Assembly: GCA_040256005.1 (NCBI GenBank)
Contig: JBDZWC010000079.1
Coordinates: 1-14,248 of the forward strand
From: Deinococcaceae bacterium
GTDB lineage: Bacteria; Deinococcota; Deinococci; Deinococcales; Trueperaceae
Length of the DNA: 14,248 nucleotides
Direction: 5' to 3'
The notes beneath the pieces were generated by a model, which had not been told where the DNA came from, searched no databases, and saw nothing but the letters and a program-made list of their open reading frames with translations. The position numbers were made by a program, and so were the translations under genes. Every line of letters begins with the position of its first letter. Within the stretch, counting starts at the first letter, position 1. Below, in pieces: positions 7,899 through 14,248 of this stretch.

Positions 7899-8537
7899 CT
7901 AGAGGCAGTCAGCCGCGTTCTGGCACTGCGGGTTCTTCAAACCGATCGTCACGATGTGCTCCCGGGTCGTCCCGTCGTCACGTAGCAGACCGAGGCTCAG
8001 GCTTATCCCCGCCAGGTCAGGAGCGTCCGGCCTTCCGAGGTTGGCTGAGGTGGTCGGTACGTAGAACGCCGAGTTGGCTCCGTTGAGCCACGAGATCACC
8101 TGCAGGTCCGCCACTCCCTCGACCGCTGGTTCCGCAGCGCTGCCGCTCACCTCTCGGAACAGCACGCTGTCCTGCACGAAGTAGGTGACCGTGGCCGCGT
8201 CACAGCTGCCGCTGGCGTAGCGATCCTCGTAGTACCTGATCGTGATGGTGTCGGGTCCGCCAGAGGCTCCGTCGGACGCGGTCAGAGGCGGGCCGGAGAA
8301 GACTCGGTTCAGTGCCGCGGACACACTGTCAGCGCAGCGGTAGCCCGCCAAGCCTATCTCGTACTGCAAGAGCTCCGTGACGGCCTGCAGGTTCTGGCGC
8401 TCCGTGGAGACAGCCTCGTTCGTTCGGTACGCTCGCATGCTTCCCACGTAGACGCGCCCCAAAGCGGCCAGCAGCACGACGAGGATCGCGCCGGCGATGA
8501 GCAGCTCGATGATGGTGAATCCCTTGGCTCGACGCAT
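7899..8537 (-). CDS. PilW-like minor pilin, cassette B, 212 aa
   Basis: MRRAKG|FTIIELLIAGAILVVLL, then QNLQAVTELLQYEIGLAGY (PilW-like helix) and EPAVEGVADLQV. Start reassigned from 9134 to ATG 8537, 2 nt after the upstream stop. Confidence 0.9.
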   Translation of the reverse strand: MRRAKGFTIIELLIAGAILVVLLAALGRVYVGSMRAYRTNEAVSTERQNLQAVTELLQYEIGLAGYRCADSVSAALNRVFSGPPLTASDGASGGPDTITIRYYEDRYASGSCDAATVTYFVQDSVLFREVSGSAAEPAVEGVADLQVISWLNGANSAFYVPTTSANLGRPDAPDLAGISLSLGLLRDDGTTREHIVTIGLKNPQCQNAADCL

Positions 8538-8539
8538 GC

Positions 8540-8944
8540 TCAGCGGACCACCACGGCCGCCTCGTACCTGGAGCCGCCCGGAGCCTCGACGCGCACGGTT
8601 ATCTGCCTGGCGACAGCGACGCCAACGGACGTGTCGGTGCAGGTGAGCTGGCCTGAGGCGAACGCGCACGGGTAGACATCTACCTCGCAAGTGAAGCCGT
8701 CTGCGCTGAACTCGGAGCGGCAGCTCTCGCCCGTGACCGGGCTGGTCACGTGTCTCTCGAACTCGCGTTGGAGCTGTAGCTCGCTTTCCGCCATGTTCGA
8801 CAGGGTTTGCATGACGGCCGCCGTGCGCGTGCCGCGGAGACCGTTGGCCTGCATAGCGAAGGCGCCGAGCACGCCTACAGCCAGCACGATGAGGGCTATC
8901 AGCAGCTCCACCAGCGTCAGCCCATCCGTGGGGGACCGTGTCAT
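8540..8944 (-). CDS. PilV-like minor pilin, cassette B, 134 aa
   Basis: TDG|LTLVELLIALIVLAVGVLGAFAMQ is a PilV-type N-terminus. Four Cys. ATGA overlap with the upstream gene. Confidence 0.9.
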   Translation of the reverse strand: MTRSPTDGLTLVELLIALIVLAVGVLGAFAMQANGLRGTRTAAVMQTLSNMAESELQLQREFERHVTSPVTGESCRSEFSADGFTCEVDVYPCAFASGQLTCTDTSVGVAVARQITVRVEAPGGSRYEAAVVVR

Positions 8945-9414
8945 CTCTCCTCCACCGTGATCTCGCCGATCGTCGAGACACCGACGTCGAACGTGCGGTC
9001 GCTCGTCGAGAAGCTAGTCGTGTTCGAGACCAACCCGCCGCTGCACCTCTGTGTACGTCCGTTCGGCAACCACAGGAGTTGGTTGGAGGGCATGTCTGTC
9101 GAGACGGTGACGCCGCGATAGTCCTCGAACCCAAGGGACCTAACGAGAGATGACGCGCCGGCGCAATTCACTGATCCCGAGGCGTCCAGTGCACGCAGCG
9201 TGACGGTCGACGAACCTGGGTCGACCGTGACCAGTACCGCGCGGTTGCGCTTCACGGCTTCGATGCGCGCGTCTTGCATGAGCGAGGAGAACGCGTTGGC
9301 CGCGTGACGCGACGCGGGCGCTCTGAACGCGAACGCCGCGAAAGCCGAAAGGATCCCGATGATGGCCAGCGCGATCAACAGCTCTATGAGGGTGAAGCCC
9401 CACCGACGACTCAA
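8941..9414 (-). CDS. FimT/FimU/GspH-like minor pilin, cassette B, 157 aa
   Basis: MSRRWG|FTLIELLIALAIIGIL, ARIEAVKRNRAV (FimT-like motif) and C-terminal VSTIGEI. TTG start with GAGGTAGGT upstream. Confidence 0.9.
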   Translation of the reverse strand: MSRRWGFTLIELLIALAIIGILSAFAAFAFRAPASRHAANAFSSLMQDARIEAVKRNRAVLVTVDPGSSTVTLRALDASGSVNCAGASSLVRSLGFEDYRGVTVSTDMPSNQLLWLPNGRTQRCSGGLVSNTTSFSTSDRTFDVGVSTIGEITVEER

Positions 9415-9422
9415 GGCGGCAC

Positions 9423-10895
9423 CTACCTCATGCTCACTACGCGGAGCACCGGATCGCTGGCCTCGACGATGTCTTCGTTGACGATCTGGAAGCCGGAATC
9501 GATGTCGAAGTTGCCGGAGATGGTCAGGTTGCCCTTGGACGCGATACGCCCATACAGTTCGGCGTTCCCCGACTTTCGGAACGTACCGCCGGCGACAGCC
9601 GCGATGAAGAGCTTGGAGTTACCGGTTATGTCGATGTTCCCTTCGGCGACGATCACGGTGCCGACGGTAGGGGTCCCGTCGAGATCGAACGGCGAAGCGT
9701 TACCGGATATGTCTATGTCGCCGCCAGCAGCAAGGGTGGACATCCCGAACATGTCGTGATTGCCGGAGAAGTCTATGTCCTTCGCGGCGAAGAAGCGGAT
9801 CGACTCGAAGTCGTTGTTGCCGCTGCCTTTGATGCTCCCACCGGTAGAGATGATCGTGAGGCTGGACGTCGTGTAGTTGCCAGAGAACTGTATGGAGCCC
9901 TGCATGACGATGTTCACGTCCGAGACGTCGTAGTTGCCTGAGAGATGGAGGTCGCCAGTCCCCTCGACGCAGATGGTGGCTCCGGCCATGGCCGAAGCGA
10001 CGGCGGACTTGAACGTGTTCTGGTTCGGTGTCGAGGAGTAGATGATGTCGCAGTCGATGTCAAAGACGGCGGAATGGAGAGCACCCCGGGATACGTCCGC
10101 GAGGGCCGCCGCTTGTCTAGTCATGTAGTCGGGCGTGATCGTCACCGGGTCGGTCAGGTTGACGGGCACCCCGTTGTCGCATATCGGGAACTTGCCAGTG
10201 CCGGAGACCTTGCAGGTCGTGGCCCCGGGCGAGGCGGTGACAGGCACCATGGCGGGATCGATCTCCTCGAACGTCCGGCACTCGCCGTTCGTCTTTCGCG
10301 CGGTACAGACGTAGAAACCCTGGTTCCCGCTCAGCGAGAAGCCCTTGTTCCCGTGGATCCCAGCGCTCACGTAGGCCGCGTTCCCGCTCGCCGTGATCAC
10401 GCCCTCGCTGGCGATGCCGTAAGCGAAATAGGCCGGCAGCCCGCTGGTCGAGCTGAAGCTGATCAGCGCCTCTGACACGTACTCAGCATCTAGACCTGCC
10501 GTGCCTGCGACAGCGATGCGAGCCGAGTTGGCGTTCGGCCGGTCGTACGCTTGGAGCGAGTAGGCGGGCGTGTACGACTTTCCCTGGATCGCCGGCAGCT
10601 GTGCGTTGGTGAAGCTGGCCGGTAGTGACCCGTTGGCCGCGTAGTAGTCCTGCAGGTAGGCGAACGCAGCAGACATCCCGGAGATGGCGTTGCTCTCCGC
10701 TGTCGTGGTGGCCTGCAGGTTGCGGGTGATGCCCAGGTTCGTCTGGGTGAGCACCATTGTGGCGACCCCCGCCATCAAAACGGCGGCCATGATGAAGAGG
10801 GCTGATACGATCGCAACGCCCTCACGCCACAGGCGCCTTCGCCTTGCTGTCGTTGTCGCAGCAGTCTCGCTGGACTTCTCGCTAACCAGCATCAT
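9423..10895 (-). CDS. PilX-N-terminal / ComZ-like pilin with beta-solenoid repeats, first gene of cassette B, 490 aa
   Basis: WREG|VAIVSALFIMAAVLMAG (no Glu5), A..NA.SG...A helix, and ten [S/T]GN repeats mostly 18-20 aa apart. RBS GGGAGG 7 nt upstream of ATG 10895. Confidence 0.82.
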   Translation of the reverse strand: MMLVSEKSSETAATTTARRRRLWREGVAIVSALFIMAAVLMAGVATMVLTQTNLGITRNLQATTTAESNAISGMSAAFAYLQDYYAANGSLPASFTNAQLPAIQGKSYTPAYSLQAYDRPNANSARIAVAGTAGLDAEYVSEALISFSSTSGLPAYFAYGIASEGVITASGNAAYVSAGIHGNKGFSLSGNQGFYVCTARKTNGECRTFEEIDPAMVPVTASPGATTCKVSGTGKFPICDNGVPVNLTDPVTITPDYMTRQAAALADVSRGALHSAVFDIDCDIIYSSTPNQNTFKSAVASAMAGATICVEGTGDLHLSGNYDVSDVNIVMQGSIQFSGNYTTSSLTIISTGGSIKGSGNNDFESIRFFAAKDIDFSGNHDMFGMSTLAAGGDIDISGNASPFDLDGTPTVGTVIVAEGNIDITGNSKLFIAAVAGGTFRKSGNAELYGRIASKGNLTISGNFDIDSGFQIVNEDIVEASDPVLRVVSMR

Positions 10896-10957
10896 CGGTC
10901 GGCCTCCCGGCCACGCCCGACCAGCGGGCCCAAGTTGGTCCGCAGAGTGAGCGGCCG

Positions 10958-11015
10958 CTTACAATGCTAACCTTACGGTGCGCTTACGAGGAAATGAGGG
11001 ACTTCTCATCTGATT
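10958..11015 (-). promoter_or_regulatory. Upstream motif of cassette B: GTAAG-N6-GTAAGGTT (10969-10987), a third GTAAG (10958-10962) and AATCnnATGAGAA (11003-11015)
   Basis: Matches the motif pair at 7750-7806. Lies in the divergent intergenic region shared with the VOC gene, which also contains ATGAG-N6-CTCAT (10994-11009) and plus-strand TACAAT (10960-10965). Confidence 0.6.
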
Positions 11016-11110
11016 TTTCGACCAAGTCCGTCACGCTCGGCCCTCCTCATCCCACGTTGCTAGCGTCGAACCACGGTTCGGTCTGGACTGAGACCGCCCA
11101 GGAGGTTGCG

Positions 11111-11959
11111 ATGCCGCTGCGATTGATCGAAGGTCAGTACGCCCCCGGCGACCCCTTCTGCGTCGACCTGGCTACCGACGACGTGCAGGCCGCCGCTCGG
11201 TTCTATGGGCGCGTGTTCGGCTGGGAGTTCGAGGGCGAGGGCCATCTCAAGGCGCTGAAGAACGGGCGCATGGCGGCGGGCATAGGGCTCATGGACCCGT
11301 TGGACCTGGGCTCCAAGATGTGGTGGGTCTGCCTCGCCTCACCCGAGCCGGCCGCCGGCGCGCGGAAGGCCGAGGACCTGGGTGCGACCGTCAACGGGCC
11401 CCAGGAGGTGGAGGGGCTGGGTCAGATCGCTACCGTAACGGACCCAGCCGGTGCTTCATTCGCCCTGTGGCAGCCGAAGAACATCAACCCTGGCGCCCTG
11501 CACGGCTCGCACGGCGGCATCGTGTGGGCAGAGCTCCTGGCGGATGACCCTGCGACCGCCGCGCGCTTCTACGAGGAGATGTGGGACCTCAAATCGGTCC
11601 CGGTCGAAGGGTCCAGCGACCACGGCCCGCCCGGCGGCACGATCAACCTCGAGCGCAACGAGATAGGGGTCAAACGGGTCATGGCGAGCGTCGTGCCGCT
11701 TGCTGTTCGCACCAGCGGCACCCCAGACGGGCCGTTGAGTGACGACAGCGACGGCAACGCCACCATGGACACGCGCCCCCGCTGGCGCGCCTACTTCATG
11801 ATCGAGGACACCCAGCCCTTCGCCGAGGAGGCGAAGGCGGCGGGCGCCACTCAGCTGGAGTCGAGGGTCTCGGCGTCGGGGCAAGCCGTGACGGTCTTCA
11901 GGGACCCTCAGGGCGTGGAGTTCGCGGTCGTCGAGGGAAGTCCCTCGAAGGCGACGTAG
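11111..11959 (+). CDS. VOC-family (glyoxalase/bleomycin-resistance-like) two-domain protein, 282 aa
   Basis: PGDPFCVDLATDDVQAAARFYGRVFGWEF, TDPAGASFALWQ, a second repeat VWAELLADDPATAARFYEEMW, and RDPQGVEFAV. GGAGG at 11101-11105 supports ATG 11111 over 10964. Confidence 0.92.
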   Translation: MPLRLIEGQYAPGDPFCVDLATDDVQAAARFYGRVFGWEFEGEGHLKALKNGRMAAGIGLMDPLDLGSKMWWVCLASPEPAAGARKAEDLGATVNGPQEVEGLGQIATVTDPAGASFALWQPKNINPGALHGSHGGIVWAELLADDPATAARFYEEMWDLKSVPVEGSSDHGPPGGTINLERNEIGVKRVMASVVPLAVRTSGTPDGPLSDDSDGNATMDTRPRWRAYFMIEDTQPFAEEAKAAGATQLESRVSASGQAVTVFRDPQGVEFAVVEGSPSKAT

Positions 11960-11983
11960 GCGAGCGCTGCGAGGGCGAAGGCG

Positions 11984-12015
11984 GCGCGGCGTCGGGGGTC
12001 GATCCGACGCCGCGC
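11984..12015. terminator. Perfect 12-bp GC hairpin between convergent genes (possible bidirectional terminator)
   Basis: GCGCGGCGTCGG (11984-11995), 8-nt loop, CCGACGCCGCGC (12004-12015). No U-tract on either side. Confidence 0.6.
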
Positions 12016-12031
12016 ACCAGCGACTATGGCC

Positions 12032-13975
12032 TCAGTAGATCTGCTCGCGCTGACCGTAACTGAAGACGATGACGTCCCTCACGCCGTCCTCCGTGACCGT
12101 CGGGAAGTACGGCGGCTCTATGCCCATGCTCATCCGCTGGTCGTAGGTGAACTTGCGGTCGTAACCGGATGACTGGTTGCCCGAGTTGGCGTCGAAGGTG
12201 CCGAAGGCCCCGTAGTAGTACTCGATGATGCCGCCCATGAGGTTCACGGCGCCACGTGGGTTGCCGCGGTCGTAGTTCTCGACCTCCACACGGCCACTAC
12301 TGGTCATGAGCACGCCATGGATGGTCACGTCGTAGGGGGCGTTCAGGCTGCTGTCGTTGTAGTTGCCGATCTCGATGTCGCCGTCCTGGGTGTACACGCC
12401 CAGTACGTTGACCGCGTCGAGGTCGTCGCAGGTAGCAGGCGTCACCGAGCCGTCCGAGTTGCGGGTGGGCACGCCAGTGCACGGCGGGTCCTCGTACTTC
12501 AGGTCGCCGGTGATGCGGATGTCATCGTCAGCGGCGATCGTGATCTGCGCGAACGACGCCAGAGCCGGCGGCGCTTTGCGATGGTCGTTGCTGTTCGCGG
12601 GCTGGCGGTCCGGCCCGGTGAGGCGCTCCACCTCACCGTCCACGTAGATCACCCCGTTGAACTTGTAGCCGAGCGGCTGCCAGGTGGCTAGCCCGCCGAC
12701 CACGTCCAAGCGTTCTATCAGGCCGTCCGAGCGGTAGCGGAAGGTCTGGGTGACGTCGTCGGTCCGAGTGCAGCCGCGCCTACCGCAGCTGGGGTCCCAC
12801 CACTCGAGTTCGTACTCGGCCTGGATGTACTGATAAGTGGAAGCCGGCGAGTACCCGCCGGAACCATCCGGCGTGAGCGGGTTGCCGGCGGCATCTGCCG
12901 CCCACATCCGGAGCCGATCCACGTCTCCCCCGAACATCAGGCCCGCGTCGGTCGCCGCCTGCTCTTGGTCCTGGTTGTTGCCAGGCAGAGGCACGAACCC
13001 GGCCCGCCAGTCGACCTCGTTGATGTCCGGAGCATGCGTGCCGTAGCCGTTCCGGTACCTGGGGTTGGACTCGTTGGGGTTCATGTCGTCGTGGTCTACG
13101 AAGCCTTCGCCGTAGAACTCAGCGCCACGGCGGGTGAAACGACCGTCGCAAGACGTGTCGCCCGGGTCGCTACAGCCGGCGCTGGTCACCTTCCCGCCGA
13201 ACCACGGGTTGCGGTAGAAGCGGAAGTAGTTGTTCGTGTGGACCGGCCCGTCGAACAGCGTGTCATCGGTGAACCAGATCTCGGAGTTGGAGCTCGAGTT
13301 CATGCGGTGCACGTTCGTGAACAGCGCGTACTTGGCGAACGAACCTCTGCCGACCGTGAAGCGGTACTCGCCCTGCAGGACGACGTTGCGCCGGTACTCG
13401 GCCAGGTCGCCCTCGGCCACCATCACGAACGGGATCGCGTAGGTCTGCTCGGCGGAGGCGCTGGTGCCACCGCGCGGCAGGCCGTCCACGAACCTGCCGC
13501 TTGGCAGGCTCACCCCGGCGGGCAGCGGCTGGCCGCATGCCTCAGTGGTGAAGTAGACGATGAAACTGCCAGAGCCGCCCGTCGATGGCGTGAACGTCGT
13601 GCTGGAACATAGGTCGTCGTCGATCGCGTCCTGCAGCTCGTCGGCCACGGCCGTCAGGTCGGTCACCACCGAGCGGGCGTTGGGCGTTGTGCTGGAAGTC
13701 GAGGAGCCGCTGTTGCCGAACGACCATCTGCCTGTCGTGGACGACCTGGCCTCCACGATCTGGTGCAGCTCCTCCCTGACCACTCCTTGCAGGGTCTGGC
13801 CGCCCATGTTGGCGGCGCCGCGCGCCAGGAGGAGTGTCTGGACGATGGCCGCGTCGTCCCCGCTGTGCTGGATCTCGGCGACCGTGCGGGCGAACATGAG
13901 CGCGCCAACCCCCACGACCACAACCATCAACAGAAGCGCGTAGAGCATGGCCATGCCTTGACTGCGTCTATCCAC
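12032..13975 (-). CDS. Large PilX-like minor pilin (DUF4900-like), cassette C, 647 aa; paralog of 3884..5836
   Basis: RRSQG|MAMLYALLLMVVVVGVG. Shares long blocks with the cassette A gene (DDAAIVQTLLLARG, RNVVLQGEYRFTVGR, LFDGPVHTN, KYEDPPC, GQREQ.Y). GTG start overlaps the upstream stop. Confidence 0.85.
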   Translation of the reverse strand: MDRRSQGMAMLYALLLMVVVVGVGALMFARTVAEIQHSGDDAAIVQTLLLARGAANMGGQTLQGVVREELHQIVEARSSTTGRWSFGNSGSSTSSTTPNARSVVTDLTAVADELQDAIDDDLCSSTTFTPSTGGSGSFIVYFTTEACGQPLPAGVSLPSGRFVDGLPRGGTSASAEQTYAIPFVMVAEGDLAEYRRNVVLQGEYRFTVGRGSFAKYALFTNVHRMNSSSNSEIWFTDDTLFDGPVHTNNYFRFYRNPWFGGKVTSAGCSDPGDTSCDGRFTRRGAEFYGEGFVDHDDMNPNESNPRYRNGYGTHAPDINEVDWRAGFVPLPGNNQDQEQAATDAGLMFGGDVDRLRMWAADAAGNPLTPDGSGGYSPASTYQYIQAEYELEWWDPSCGRRGCTRTDDVTQTFRYRSDGLIERLDVVGGLATWQPLGYKFNGVIYVDGEVERLTGPDRQPANSNDHRKAPPALASFAQITIAADDDIRITGDLKYEDPPCTGVPTRNSDGSVTPATCDDLDAVNVLGVYTQDGDIEIGNYNDSSLNAPYDVTIHGVLMTSSGRVEVENYDRGNPRGAVNLMGGIIEYYYGAFGTFDANSGNQSSGYDRKFTYDQRMSMGIEPPYFPTVTEDGVRDVIVFSYGQREQIY

Positions 13976-14248
13976 AGTCCACCACCCTGTTGATCTGGAA
14001 GCTCGGGTTCGAGGAGAGCTCCACTTGGCCGGTGTAGGAGCGGGCCACCTCGCGACCTCCGAAGCTAAGCTCGCTGGCCGCGACGGTCAGCTGGACGCGC
14101 ATGAGGGTCACGGCCTCACCGTCGACGCTGGACTCCCGCGCTGGCGCACCGTCCTCGATCAGGGGCGCGTCGAACACGTGCAGGTCGCCGTCTTCCGAGC
14201 GGTAGACGTACTCCAGAGCCACGTCGTCGAGCTCGAACGCCAGCGGCA
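13968..14248 (-). CDS. PilW-like minor pilin, cassette C (5'-truncated by window edge); paralog of 5827..6705
   Basis: Frame is open to the window end: PLAFELDDVALEYVYRSEDGDLHV...SNPSFQI, versus PLAFDLSDVTIGYVYREADGTLHV...SNQSFSV in cassette A. Confidence 0.85.
   Translation of the reverse strand, partial: PLAFELDDVALEYVYRSEDGDLHVFDAPLIEDGAPARESSVDGEAVTLMRVQLTVAASELSFGGREVARSYTGQVELSSNPSFQINRVVDCG

Noticed and set aside
8538..9134. N-terminal extension making 7899..9134 a 411-aa protein
   Set aside because: It overlaps two real pilin genes in another frame. The prepilin signal begins at ATG 8537.
10964..11110. 49-aa N-terminal extension of the VOC protein
   Set aside because: It runs through the AT-richer promoter region. 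The RBS and domain start support ATG 11111.
3884..13975. Diversity-generating retroelement or shufflon explaining paralog variation
   Set aside because: No reverse transcriptase, recombinase, adenine-specific TR/VR pair or inverted cassettes in the window.
1..14248. CRISPR arrays, tRNA/rRNA genes, IS elements
   Set aside because: No regularly spaced repeats, RNA-gene signatures, transposase ORFs or terminal inverted repeats seen.

Overview
High-GC bacterial DNA, most likely Deinococcota (Trueperaceae-like). That assignment is inferred from the DUF4900-like/ComZ-like pilin genes and a leaderless-type promoter. The right ~10.4 kb holds three minus-strand type IV minor-pilin cassettes in tandem. 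Cassette C is partial (PilW-like, then a 647-aa PilX-like protein). Cassette B is a 490-aa PilX/ComZ-like beta-solenoid protein followed by FimT-, PilV- and PilW-like genes. Cassette A is FimT-, PilV- and PilW-like genes followed by a 650-aa PilX-like paralog of the cassette C gene. A VOC/glyoxalase gene lies between C and B. A and B share an upstream motif (GTAAG-N6-GTAAGGTT plus AATCnnATGAGAA). The two large paralogs differ mainly in Cys-bounded loops. The left 3.8 kb holds five elements: an XRE-HTH fused to a catalytically dead MNT-like domain; a 57-aa membrane peptide missed by the ORF track, coupled to a 638-aa polytopic membrane protein with a vWA-like C-terminus; an intact MNT antitoxin; a deleted and frameshifted HEPN toxin remnant; and an SRPBCC gene. 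All family calls come from motif recognition, not database searches.
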